Assembly: GCF_006345805.1 (NCBI RefSeq)
Contig: NC_043011.1
Location: forward strand, 32,748,464 to 32,812,463
Direction: 5' to 3'
DNA from: Octopus sinensis
Lineage: Eukaryota
Length of the DNA: 64,000 bases
Every line of letters starts with the position of its first letter. Position 1 is the stretch's first letter. Below the pieces are notes generated by a model. It saw only the letters and a list, made by a program, of their open reading frames with translations, had not been told where the DNA came from and did not search any database. Of this stretch, positions 28,621 through 42,576 are shown one piece after another. The translations under genes and the position numbers were made by a program.

Positions 28621-28731
28621 CTCAAGATGGACAGATTTTTTTTTAATGACAGTGAAATTTCCATCATATCATTCCTTACTGTATTAAATAGAGAAAGATA
28701 AAGCGGATGATGTGATCTGAGGTATATTCAC

Positions 28732-28766
<35 letters not shown>

Positions 28767-29134
28767 GTATTTTAACGTCCACTTTTCCATGTTTGCTTGG
28801 GTCAGATGGAATTTGTTGAGACAGATTTTCTATGGTACTGTGCCCTTTTTGTCACCGGTCCACACCTATTTCCGAGCAAGAGATAGCATTTCCCCGTGAC
28901 CAGACATGCATCCATGGAGGATTGGAAACAAAGGATATCACTTGTATGTTGATAATGATCGTTTACAACTATTGAGCAATATCAAGACACAGAGACACCA
29001 ACACATAAACACCCATGAACACACTAATGCACACATATATACATATCTATCTGTTTGTCTGTCTGTCCATCTGTCTATCTGTTAGTCTGTCTGTCTATCT
29101 GTCGATCTGTCTATCTATATTTATCTATCTATCT

Positions 29135-29183
<49 letters not shown>

Positions 29184-29218
29184 ATGTATGTATTTATGTA
29201 TGTATGCATATATATAGA

Positions 29219-29250
<32 letters not shown>

Positions 29251-29270
29251 GATAGTTAGATAGATGTGTG

Positions 29271-29330
<60 letters not shown>

Positions 29331-29447
29331 GAGAGAGACTTGAAATGTTGACAAGTGCTATATATGTATATATATATATATGGCAGGTTCCTTTCAGTTT
29401 CTGTATACCAAATCCCCTCACAGCTCACAGTGCACTGGAAATTGGAT

Positions 29448-29515
<68 letters not shown>

Positions 29516-30934
29516 AATTTGGTTACGACTAGAAAGTCCTTGGTTATAGGTTTACTCAATGGAAGCTAACCTTGAGCTAACAACAACAACATACAGTTGA
29601 ATATTTCACATGGGTCTGGTCTGAAATGTTACTTTATAAACCTTTATTCTCCATAATACTAAGGATGCTAGATATGTTGCAGTGTTCATAGAGAGAAATG
29701 ATTGGAGGAACAAACTAAGAATAACTTAATTTCCTGTGTGATTTACAATGGAGTTTTCCTTCCACCAAAGATAATGAATGTGTCAACAAGGCTGGGAAAT
29801 GGCCCGATGGAATATACAGTACTGTCTGTAAGGCGGCTAGATTTGCCAAGATTAATATGTTAAAGGGTCAAGTTTGATAAGATTCTGTCAATGAATGTGA
29901 ATCTTTACTGTAGGACATATAACCCCACCAACACCACTAAAGCCGAGGTCAGCATTTGACATGATGGACAAGCAGAACTGAATTTAATCGGATGGTTGCT
30001 AACATACTAACTAAACATGCAGATCATTAGCAAAAGACTGACAGAAAAACTGCTGTCAGAGTCACACAGTTTGTTATAAATACAGTGTATCAATACAGAT
30101 GTTTGCTAAATGGGATGCCAATTTAAAGCAATTAGATAAAACATCATGTACACAATCAAATGTACACACACACTTTTACACATACGCACACACACACTTT
30201 TACACATACGCACACACACACACACACACTCACTTTTGCACATAGATCTTTGATTATAATTCTTCTATCTTCTATCTGCTCTGCTATTTAGATATTTGTA
30301 CAGGTGTTTACTCAGCACAGATGCTTTGTCCTTGATTGGCATGCTAATATCCTTCTAATATCAGATAAGTGATATTACTATTTACATTAAAGGTGACGAG
30401 TTGGCAAAAAGAAGAAAAGAAAAAAAGAGATAGAAAGTCATCAAAATGCATTTAGAATATTTAGTTTTGTAATCACTTGAACCCATTCTGAGTTCAAATC
30501 CCACAAGAGCTGCCTTTTACTTCTAATCCCTCTCGTATTGATGAGCTTAGCACTAGGAATATGCAAGGTTTGACTCAACTGATTATGAGCCCCACCACCC
30601 CATATATAAAATTGGTGCTTAGATTTTTATTAAATCAATAGTACAGTTTATTTTCTTGATAATATAATAATATAACGTAGCTTGCCTAACAACATTGCAA
30701 TGCCTATGAAAGGGGGGCTTCATGATTTTTATTTTATTTTCTATATTTGTTATTTTACTTTTTTTTGTTATTATTTTAATTTACCCAATGAAGAGGTTCA
30801 GTGTCCATAGATGGGTTTTCTATGCCGAATTCAATGCTAAGCTGATTCATGGGGTATAAAGGGGTTTTAGTTTCATACCACCACCATAATCATCATCATT
30901 ATCATCGTCCTCACCATCATTCTCATCATCGTCG

Positions 30935-30973
<39 letters not shown>

Positions 30974-31180
30974 GATCTACCACCACCATCATCAACACTA
31001 CCACTATCATTATCATCATCATCATAATCACCCTCATCATCATCAGCTCCATCACCACCCACCATCATCAACACCACCACCATCATCACTTCTACTATCA
31101 TTATCATCATCATCATCACCCTCATCCTCATCACTACCACCACCACCACCATCATCATCACCCTCATCATCATCATCATC

Positions 31181-31214
<34 letters not shown>

Positions 31215-31688
31215 CCACCTCCGTCATCACAACCACCATCACCATCAATGTTTTAACATCCACTTTACCATGCTCACAGGAATCAGATGAAGAACTTATT
31301 GAGCAGATTTTCTTCAGCTGTATGCTCTGCCTATTACCAATTCTTATCTGTTTCCACTAAGTTATAGGGACATAAACATACCAACACCAGTTGACAAGCA
31401 ATAGCAGTGTGACACACACACACTCATATATATATCATCATCATCATCATCGTTTAACGTCCGTTTTCCGCGCTAGCATGGGTTCGACGGTTCGACCGGG
31501 GTCTGGGAAGCCAGGGGCTGCACCAGGCTCCAGTCTGATCTGGCAGTGTTTCTACAGCTGGATGCCCTTCCTAACGCCAACCACTCCGGGAGTGTAGTGG
31601 GTGCTTTTTACGTGCCACCTGCACAGACGTGCCACCTACATATATATATATGTATGTATGTATGTATGTATGCATGTATGTATATATA

Positions 31689-32327
31689 TGAGGGGGTGCT
31701 GAAAAGTTCCTAGCTTTGGGTAAAAGAAATTGCAGAAGGATCAATTAATTATGATTTTGTTGAACATAGGCGCAGGAGTGGCTGTGTGGTAAGTACCTTG
31801 CTTACCAACCACATGGTTCCGGGTTCAGTCCCACTGCATAGCATCTTGGGCAAGTGTCTTCTACTATAGCCTCAAGCCGACCAATGCCTTGTGAGTGGAT
31901 TTGGTAGACAGAAACTGAAAGAGGCCCGTCGTATATATGTATATATATATGTGTGTGTGTGTGTGTATATGTTTGCATGTCTGTGTTTGTCCCCCTAGCA
32001 TTGCTTGACAACCGATGCTGGTGTGTTTACATCCCCGTCACTTAGCGGTTCGGCAAAAGAGACCGATAGAATAAGTACTGGGCTTACAAAGAATAAGTCC
32101 CGGGGTTGATTTGCTCAACTAAAGGCAGTGCTCCAGCATGGCCGCAGTCAAATGACTGAAACAAGTAAAAGAGTAAAGAGTAAGAGTATATTCCCCTCTC
32201 AGATTCACACACTTATTGCAATGGTCCTTCAGTTTTACTAATCCCTGTAAAAGAACTCACAAGGTTGAGACTCCAACCAGACCTTTCACGATATCCTTAA
32301 AGCCAGGAACTTTTCAGCAACCCCTCA
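31689..32327. mobile_element. Mariner-type MITE with TA TSD, interrupted by a family A SINE
   Basis: TA-TGAGGGGGTGCTGAAAAGTTCCTAGCTTT and the reverse complement of the right end TA-TGAGGGGTTGCTGAAAAGTTCCTGGCTTT. Confidence 0.85.
31769..32188 (+). mobile_element. SINE family A, full-length, nested in the mariner MITE
   Basis: GGCGCAGGAGTGG...GTAAAAGAGTAAAGAGTAAGAG. Confidence 0.9.
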
Positions 32328-33298
32328 TACATATATGCACACATACACACACATGACAGGCTTCCTCACAGTTTCTGTCCTCCAAATTCATTCACAAGGA
32401 ATTGGTTGGCCTGGAGCTTTAGCAGAGGGCACTTGCCCAAGGTACTGAACAGTGGAACTGAACCCAAAACCATGAGGTTTCAAAGGGAGCTTCCCAGAAA
32501 GGTTACCATTAGAGCATTTTTCATTACGGGTTTATTCAATCAAGGTTAACCTAGGGCCAGACAACAAGAACTTCATGATCAATTCTTGTCTACAAATCTT
32601 TTCCTTTTCTGAAATAGGATTGTATGTTTCACCCTTTGGACACAAAACCTATTAATGTGTCTACACTAAAGAACACAGAACCATTTTTGTCTTTTAAGTG
32701 ATATCTATCTATCTATATATATGTATCTATGTATGTATGTATGTATGTATGTATGTATGTATGTATGTATGTATATATACACACATACATGCACAGATAT
32801 GCAAGCACATGAATATTCAGAATACATACATACAGATGTACACACATACATACATATGCATACATAGACATGCATACATACATACATACATACATACATA
32901 CATGCATAGGCACACACACACACTAACCCACACACATGCGCACAAACAAACAAAAAGGAACGCAGTGTAAATAACGGACAGTCAAAACTATTGAAAAGGT
33001 TGCAAGACACAACGAAAATTTTAGGAAAATAAAAATAAGAAAGAAGTGGAAATTTTACCAGTGAGTGTGACTCTCCCCAGACACAACATAAAGAATAAAA
33101 GTTGGCAAATCAAATTTGAATGTTGAATGACATAGAAAAGTATGTATGTACACGAACACACATACAAGTAAGCATGTAAATGCAAAACCTGACGGAAAAA
33201 AAATAGTACTTGAATACCAAATACAGAGTAATATGCTTTTATGGAAGCTGCAAAATTCTCAAAAACTGTTACTCAAAGATTCATGTTACCATTCGTCA

Positions 33299-33358
33299 GA
33301 CATTTGTGATGAATATTGAATTAAAATTGATTTTAATTCAATATTCATCACAAATGTC
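33299..33358. repeat. Perfect inverted repeat, 29-bp arms with 2-nt loop
   Basis: GACATTTGTGATGAATATTGAATTAAAAT-TG-ATTTTAATTCAATATTCATCACAAATGTC. Confidence 0.95.
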
Positions 33359-33464
33359 CAACAAACAGGAACATGTAACTCTAACAGTTCTGTGATAATT
33401 TTGCAGCTATCACTAGCGATTTTTTTCCCCTGTCTTCCCTTCTCGGGATCTTTCCTTCTCCTAT

Positions 33465-33499
33465 GTTTCCGACGAAGAGCTCTGCTCAAAACGTCAAAC
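33465..33499 (+). ncRNA. Minimal hammerhead-like motif, decayed
   Basis: GTTT-CCGACGA-A-GAGC-TCT-GCTC-AAAA-CG-TC-AAAC: stems I and II intact, GUC triplet, two core substitutions. Confidence 0.5.
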
Positions 33500-33777
33500 C
33501 CTCCTTCTTCCCTTCTTTCCTGAGCGTCCAATAATACTTTATTTGTTCCACGTCCTTGCGTTGTTGTTTTTTTGTTTTTGTTTTCTTGTTTGGATTAACT
33601 ATATATATATATAGTTTTGACTTATATAGCATGAGACATTTATGTATAGTAATGCCCTTAATATAAGTAAATATATTTAAGAGGAATAATTGATGGATTT
33701 TTTTCCTTTATGGGGTTTTTCATGCTAACTATTTGACAAATTCTTATAAAGATTTTTTCCTATTTTTCAATTGTATA

Positions 33778-33809
<32 letters not shown>

Positions 33810-34086
33810 CAAAGTATGGGGGTTTAGATCACAGGTGATCTAAATGATTAGGCACGCTAGGTAAGTGCTGTAACGGATTACTAGGGCTCCAAGGTTATAG
33901 CTGAGATGATAATTATGGAGCCGTTGTAGATTTCCGATGCAGCGGATATATAACTGTTAAAGAGGACAACAAACGTTAAGGCAAGGCAAACATGTCAACT
34001 TATATACATTATAATGATAATGTATATGACTTGAGATGTGTGCCTTGCCTAAACATTTGTTGTCCTCTTTATATATATATATATGT

Positions 34087-34135
<49 letters not shown>

Positions 34136-34457
34136 AATATTGTGGGATGGTCATTTTTTTTTTTTGTGCCAAATAAACATACATGCTATATATTCTTTAC
34201 ACGTTTATTATGGCTCTTATTTAATCTTAGATTTGTTGTCCGGACAATGAACATAAGATAAAATAAGAAACGATAATAAACAAGTGAAGAACGAATATAT
34301 AGTGTGTGTGTTTATTTGGTATATATACATACATATATATATATATATAATATATATATATATATATAATATATATATATATACACACACACAAACATAC
34401 ACATACACACACATATATATATATATATTATATATATATATTATTTATATATATATA

Positions 34458-34529
<72 letters not shown>

Positions 34530-36639
34530 CACAGGTGTGGCTATGTGGTAAGAAGTTTGCTTCCCAACCACATGGTTCTGAGTTCAGTCCCACACTTGAT
34601 CATGTATTTCCTACTATAGCCTGTGGCTGGTCAAAACCTTGTAAGTGGATTTGTTAGACAGAAAACGAAAGAAGTGCATTGTATGTATATATATATATTT
34701 ATGTGTGTGTCTATTTGTGTGTGTTTGTCCCTCACCACGACTTGACAACTGGTGTTGATGTGTTTATGTCACCATAACTTAGTAGTTTGGCAAAAGAGAT
34801 TGATAGAATGCTATGTCTTCGGGGAGGTTGAATATCTCGTTGCCAATAGTTTTATGACAATGTTGGGGTGTGCACAGGGGTGTAGAATAGTATTACCCAA
34901 AGGAATATTTGGATATGGTTATCTAGAATAACCTTTTGCAGAATTAACATATTCACACAGAACGTGTTCCGTACTGAACCAAATGTAGGTACGATATTAA
35001 ACTAACATATTAATCCAATATGAATGATGAACACTGTCAAATGCTTGCTGTTCACATAGTTTCTTTATGTGTCAATCCACATTTGGTCACGTGGGGGTAG
35101 TCAAAATCCTTCAACAACATAGAATAACTACCAGACATTAAAAAAAAAAAAAGTTCTGGGGATTCATTCATTTGACTAAAATTCTTCAAGCTGGTGCCCC
35201 AGCATGGCCACAGTCTAATGACTGCAACGAATGAAAGACGAAAGATATTCTTGAAATTGCCAGCATTTTTTTGTCTTTCAGGATAAAACTAGCAGGCTGA
35301 TACACCAACCTTTAAGAGTTAAGCACTAAATCTTGGGTGTTGGTACAGATCTGGACAGTAAAAGCATAAACTGTTCTCTTGTTAATAAGAAATGAATTAG
35401 GTACAATCCATCAGATGTTCGGTGGGAATTTAAATGTCAAATTTGACATGGAAATATCATGAAAGTGGTAAGATCTATAAATGTAAAAGGCACATTAAAA
35501 GGGTAAAGGAATGTAAATTTATCACATGTAATCTCCTCTACTCCAAGACACCTGTTTCTGTCCCACCCCACTGTCATACTTTATTCTGCATCATCTTGCA
35601 TTAATCTACCTCCCTTAATACTACAGTCGCTTCATTTGAGGGTGTCTTGTTTTTCATGTTACTCGGTGACCTCACTAATTCTGGTCAATCTGGTGCAATA
35701 ATAGAAAACTCTTGCTCAAGACGCCGTGCAGTGGGACTGAACCTAAGACCACATGGTTTGAAAGCAAGCTTCTTAAATGCACAACCATACCTGCACTTTA
35801 TGCAATTTATAAACATCGGTTTCAAATTTTGGCAGAAGGCCAACAATTTTGAGAGAAGCGTCAGTCAATTACATCAGCTCCAGTGTTCAACTGGTACTTA
35901 GTTTATTGACCCAACAAGGATGAAAGGCAAAGTCAGCCTAAGCAGAATTCGAACCCAGAACATAAAGAAGGACAAAATGCTGCTAATGATTCTACATGGT
36001 AATGATTCTGACAGCTTGCTGAGAAATGTTTCACTTCTAAATTTGAGGTTAATAGTCAGGGAAATTATAGTCATATTAACATTAACTAATTTCAGAAATT
36101 TAGATATTTACTTAACATATATGTTGTGTTCTTAAGCAAGACACTTTATTTCACGTTGCTCCAGTTCACTCAGCTGTAGAAATGTGTTGTGATGTCACTG
36201 GTGTCAAGCTGTATCGACCTTCGTCTTTCCCTTGGATAACATCAGTGGCATGGAGAGGGAAGGCTGGTATGCATGGGCGACTGCCAATCTTCTATAAACA
36301 ATCTTGCCTGGATTTGTGCCTCAGACGGTAACTCTCTAAGTGGTGGCGGCGGTGGTGGTGATGATAATGATAATGATGATGATGATGATGGCGGAGGCTG
36401 CAGTGGTGGTGGTGGTGGTGGTGTGGAAGATGATGATGATAAGGAGGAGGCGGAGGACAATGATGATGACTATGAAGGTGTGGATAATGATGATGATAAT
36501 AAGGAGGAGGAGGATGGCAACGATGGTGTTGATGATGATGATGATGATGATGAATAGCCAGTGCTTACTCTTCTTTATCTTACGATGTCAATGAACAACT
36601 GTTGGTGATTTCCTTGACAAACAACCCCTGGTGGCTCCT

Positions 36640-36930
36640 ACTTGTTGCTGTGATTAGTTTACGTCTGTTCATAAGCAGATGTTATAAAGGTTGGTTGCTG
36701 GTCGTTGGTCATCTATTGATTGTCTCACATATGACGTCTCCGTTCCAACACTTTTCTGGGATAGTACAAGTCATGATGCTTCATTCAAGACTGCCAAAAT
36801 GGCTGGCAGCAAATATGACCAAACCATGTTTGTTAGTTGTTTTAACTTTCTAAATGTAAATGAGCAGATTTTGTAAGGGAAACATGTAGGGAAACAGGAT
36901 TTTAATGATATTCGGAGACAGCTTGGAAGG
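36640..36930 (-). mobile_element. Decayed RTE-clade LINE RT C-terminus
   Basis: CLRISLK...KQLT / WFGHICCQ / GSLE*SIM...RRHM*DN across frameshifts, matching the RTE FGHI..SLEKSIM..RPR..W.D motifs. Confidence 0.55.
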
Positions 36931-37509
36931 ACACCACTACACACATGCATGCACACCCTCATACATACATACACACACATACACACACACACACACTTTT
37001 ATGTATCCATGTACATATTGTGTTTGTATCTCTTTAATTTGATGTTGATGTAAAAAGAAAGATGTTTTTCTCAAATGAAACTATTGTTCATGCTTCATAA
37101 ACAAGAATCATCATCATCATCATTTAGCGTCCGCTTTCCATGCTAGCATGGGTTGGACGGTTTAACTGGGGTCTGTGAAGCCGGAAGGCTTCATCAGGCC
37201 CAATCAGATTTGGCAGTGTTTCTACGGCTGGATGCCCTTCCTAACGCCAACCACTCCGTGAGTGTAGTGGGTGCTTTTTACGTGCCACCTGCACAGGTGC
37301 CAGACAGAGCTGGCAAACGGCATGGACGGATGGTGTTTTTACGTGCCACCGCCACGGGGGCCAGGCGAGGCTGGCAACAGACACAAACGGATGGTGCTTT
37401 TACGTGCTACCGGCACGTATATATAATATAATATAGAAATTGGGGATAAATTATTCCCAGAAGAATCAAAGATTTAATTAGGAAAATATGAAATTTAATT
37501 CTAATTTTA

Positions 37510-37765
37510 ATTCTAATTCTCCACCATTTTGGACATGTGATCAGAATGTCAAAGGAAAGAATCAAATGACATATACTTCAAGCCAACTCGCAGGAGAATT
37601 AGGGATAGATGATGAATGAAATGGGTGGATAATATCTGTAGTTTCAGTTGGTCATGGTTGGCAATCCAGCCAGAAAGAGTAATGATGGTCGCTTCTGACT
37701 GGACCCAATAAAGGAAGTGCCTGAGGAATCTACCCAGAGTGGAATGGATGGATGGATGGATGGGC
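37510..37765 (+). mobile_element. Decayed RTE-clade LINE 3' end with (GGAT)n tail
   Basis: FGHVIRMSKERIK*HILQ followed by MKWVDNI; GGATGGATGG tail. Confidence 0.6.
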
Positions 37766-38368
37766 GGATTTCCCTGTCTCAGAAGTTGGTAGGCCTAATA
37801 GTCCATTGATGAATATCATTTATGTAAAGTTATGGCTTGCAGACAGTAACATCACTGCTTGTGTTTCGTCTACAACAGGTGTTGGTTTGTTGACATTTCT
37901 TGTCAACAAATCATCCACCAGCTCTGTACTTTCAAATTTCTCTGGAATTAAAAAGACCCCTTTACTTGGAAAATAGGTGATGGTTAGTGACAAGAAGAGC
38001 ATCCAATCATAGAAATATTGCCTCATTTTTCTGCCATCTATGCTATGTGAGCATGGAATATGAGACATAAAGAGAAAACAAATGATATATAATAGACGTG
38101 TGTGTGTGTACATGTGTGCATGCACACGTGTGTGTGTGTGTATGCATCTTTGTCATCATCATTTTAACATTTATTTTTCCATCCTCACATAAATCAAATC
38201 AAACAAAATCTTTTACAGCAGGGCACTCTTCCAGTCATCAACACTCAACTGTTTTGCAAGCAAGGAAATATTTGCTTAACTGGAGAGGGACATGTTTTCA
38301 TGGAAGACAGGAAATGAATGACATATTCGTATGACATTGATGCATGTTTAAAACTGTCAAGACAAGGA

Positions 38369-38408
<40 letters not shown>

Positions 38409-40406
38409 ATACATTGCTAATAGCAAGGTATCCTTTATAGTGCTGGTGCCATGAAAAATGCACTGAGGGCACCCTGTAAAGTGGTTGGTATTAGGAAAGG
38501 CATCTAACCATAGAAACAGTGCCAAAACTAAAGACATTGGAGTAAGAGTTGGTTCTTTGACCTGTTGCATCCGATCGAACCATCCAACCCATGCCAGCAT
38601 GGAAAAAATGGACTTAAAATGCAGATGATGATGAGGAGGAGAAGAAGGGTAGTGGTGGTGGTGGTGTTGATGATGACGATGATAATAATGACAATGGCAA
38701 CAATGATGATGATGATGATGACTAAAATGATGAAGATGATGACTAAGATGATGATGAGGATGACAACGACGACAATAATGATAATGATGATGACATCAAT
38801 GACGACAACAGTAGTGGTTGTGGTAATTATGTTAACGAGGACAATGAAGGTGGTAGTGATGGTGATGGTGATGGTGATGGTGATGATGTTGGCAACAAAA
38901 ATACATTCAGTTCCAACTTTTATCTTACTGAATGAGCGAATAATGTTTGAATGAAGAATAGACCAAAATTCATGTATTGAGTTCTTTCTTTTTGTTGTTG
39001 TTTTTTATCCTCTTTATTTTTGTTTTCATATTCTCATATCTCTATTTTTTTCTTGTTTCTTTCTTCCACAGATAAAAAACAATGCCAACTTTTATTTATG
39101 AGACGATAGCTGTTTTTCCATCGTGGCGTGGCGTGCTCCATTGTGACATATCTGCAGACCAAATGTGTCTACCTTTCTGTTAGCAAAGAACAACCGGATA
39201 AATTTATAACTCTTTTTTTTTTAATGTCATACACAAAAGAAACCTAAAAACTAAGAAGTCATTAGAATGGAATTTGGAACTCTAATTCCATCGTATCCAT
39301 GATGTCTATTATAAATTCCATGCCGTGTCCAAGAGAAGGACTTTATATATTATATGCCAGTATATTTCTTATGATCTGATGTTGTTTCTTTCTCTGGTAA
39401 GTAAATTTTTGAAATTTAAAAATTTATATTTTTTTTTGTCTTTTGTTCAAGCTTTTTTTATGTTATCTGTTTTTTATAGTTGCAGGCATGGCTGTGTGGT
39501 AAGAAGATCGCTTCCCAACCACATGGTTCCTGGTTTAAATATTGTAGCTGAAAGCACATGGCTTAGTGGTTAGAGCATCAGGCTCACAATCATGAGGTAG
39601 TGAGTTCGATTCCCAGACTGGGCTGTGTGTTGTTCTTTAGCAAGGCACTTTATTTCAAACAGGCAAGAAAGTAATATTTTGAGAGCAACATAGCTGTGAA
39701 AACAGCAGAAAGATTGCATAGCCACAAGACTTGAACCCACACCTCCAGATACTGGCTGAGTAGTCTACCAGTTAAGCTAAACTACTCACTAGCAAATATG
39801 TCCAGCAAATTAAACGCTAAATACATAGCTTTTTTTTTTCCCTGTCATGTCCGAGCGGGATCATTGCTAGAGCAGCTGTCTGGCTTCCATACTGGTGGCA
39901 TGTAAAAAGCACCATTTGAGTGTGATCATTACCAGTGTTGCCTTACTGACACATGAACAAAGCATTCAAGCGAGGTCGTTGCCAGTATCGCTGGACTGAC
40001 TCCTGTGCAGGTGGCATGTAAAAAACACCATTTGAGCATGGCGTTGCCAGTACCGCCAGACTAGCCCTCATGCTGGTGGCACGTAAAAGCACCCACTACA
40101 CTCCCGGAGTGGTTGGCATTAAGAAGGGCATCCAGCTGTAGAAACTCTGCCAGATCAGATTGGAGCCTGGTGCAGTCATCTGGTTCGCCAGTCCTCAGTC
40201 AAATCGTCCAACCCATGCTAGCATGGAACGCGGACGTTAAATGATGATGATGATGATGATGTAAGGATAAAATGCCTAATCTTGCTGCTGTTTTCACAGC
40301 TATACTACATTCAAAATATTACTTTCTTTTCTGTATGAAATGATACACATTCAACACCAAAAACAAAAATGTTACTTTACATATGTTGTTGCACTTTATT
40401 TCACGT

Positions 40407-40916
40407 AAGTGAAAATCAATCCAAATCAAAATAGATGAACATCAATGGAATTTGTATCTTTGTGGTACCAGTGCCAGTGGCACATAAGAAAACCATCCGA
40501 AAGAGGCCGTAGCCAGTACCGCATCGACTGGTCTCCGTGCTGTGGGCACGTAACAAACACCATCCGATCGTGGCCGTTCGCCAGCCTCGTCTGGCACCTG
40601 TGTCGGTGGCACATAAAAAACACCATCCGAGCGTGGCCGTCCGCCAACCTCGTCTGGCACCTGTGTTGGTGGCACATAAAAAACACCATCCGAGCGTGGC
40701 CGTTCGCCAGCCTCGTCTGGCACCTGTGTCGGTGGCACATAAAATCACCCACTACACTCTCGGAGTGGTTGGCGTTAGGAAGGGCATCCAGCTGTAGAAA
40801 CACTGCCAGATCTGACTGGCCTGGTGCAGCCTTCGGGCTCCCCAGACCCCAGTTGAACCGTCCAACCCATGCTAGCATGGAAAGCGGATGTTAAACGATG
40901 ATGATGATGATGATGA
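40407..40916 (+). mobile_element. Family B (GAT)n-tailed repeat with internal 63-bp tandem units, inserted in a family D SINE
   Basis: Host ...TTTCACGT | TGCTCCAG... rejoins exactly on removal; near-identical copy at 50876-51282; shorter relatives at ~7850-8000, 16300-16450, 27750-27940, 31436-31640, 37110-37420 and 39870-40260. Confidence 0.85.
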
Positions 40917-42499
40917 TGCTCCAGTTCACTCAGCTGTAGAAATGAGTTGTGACATCACTTGTGCCAAGCTGTACCGGACTTTGCCCTTCCCTTGGGTAAC
41001 ATTGTTGGCATGGAGAGGGGAGGTTGGTATGCATGGGCAACTGCTGGTCTTCCACAAACAAAATTGCCTGGACATGTGCCACAGAAGGTACCCCTCTAGG
41101 TGCAATCCTATGGTCATTCATGACCAAAGGGGGTTTTTACCCTAAATATTACAAGCCTTAGGCAGGTCAACATTCTTTTCTATTCCAGGCACAAGGCCCG
41201 AAATTTTGGGGGAGGTGGGGGCCAGTCGATTAGATCAACCCCAGTACACAACTTGTACTTAATTTATTAATCCTGAAAGGATGAAAGCCAAAGTCAACCT
41301 CAGCAGAATTTGAACTCACAACATAAGGACAGACAAAATATCGCCAAGCATTTCACCCAGTGTGCTAATGTTTCTGCCAGTTCGCCACCTTCTAAGGCAG
41401 ATCAATATGCTTTTCTACTCAAGGCACAAGGCCCGCAATTTTGGGGGAGGGTGCCAGTTGATTAGATCGACCCCAGTATGCAACTAGTACTTAATTTATC
41501 GACCCCAAAAGGATGAAAGGCAAAGTCGACCTCGGCGGAATTTGAACTCAGGAACTAGTGGCAGAGATGAAATTCCACTAAGCATTTCATCTGGCGGGTT
41601 TAGTCAAACAAATCAAGTGCAGTACTTACATTCTTGCTAAGCTTGGTACTTATTCTATCAGACTCTTTTGTTGAACCGTTAAGCAACAGGGATGTAAAGA
41701 AACCAACACTGGTTGTCAGACAGTGATTGAGAACAAAGACAAAGATAAAGTCATATACACATAGATGTATCCATATACATTCTTTTACTTTCCATCCATT
41801 CATAAGTATTTGGTCAACTTGGGATTATAATAGAAGACACTTGCACAAGGTGCCACACAGTGGAACTGATCCTGGAACTATGTAGTTGGGAAGCAAACTT
41901 CTTACCACACAGCTGCACAGTGAGCAATTTTTTTAAAGCAGTAGGGTGGGAATTGAAGAAGATTTAGCTGCTATTTCTAGCTGGTTGAATGACTATATAG
42001 TGACTGTCCTCATTGGTTCAAACTCCTTCATCGTTGTTGTTGCTGTTGTTGTCATTGCTGTTGTATAGTCCTGTACCACATAAGCTTACAACTGCTTCAG
42101 CAGACCTGTGGCACAGAGGGTAATCCAATCTAACAAAAGAATTAAAATTCTTAACCCATGGAAGATTCATCATTATTTTGGGCAACATGTCCGAACATTT
42201 GCAACTTCAATTATAGAGTTCTCAGTCAACTCTTTTGATACCAGTTCATCGAGTCTTGCATGCAATGCACACAAAAAAATAACCCTGAAAAAACACTCTC
42301 ATTTATAAAAAAAAAATCATCATATTTAAATTAAAATCATCCGTTGCAATTTAAAAATTTTTTTTTCATCTTAGAATCTTTTGTGAATGTTAAAATTTAA
42401 AGTATTGGCTTAATAATGGCAAAGTTAGTTATTCAACTAAACCGTCCTTTTGAATTTCTGATTATTTTTTAAAATTATTCAAATAACAACAACAACAAC

Positions 42500-42576
<77 letters not shown>

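Noticed and set aside
36688-36833. Plus-strand peptide LTYDVSVPTLFWDSTSHDASFKTAKMAGS resembling an LDL-receptor YWTD repeat
   Set aside because: Weak acceptor and an in-frame TAA just upstream; the minus strand gives several ordered RTE motifs, so the resemblance is probably chance
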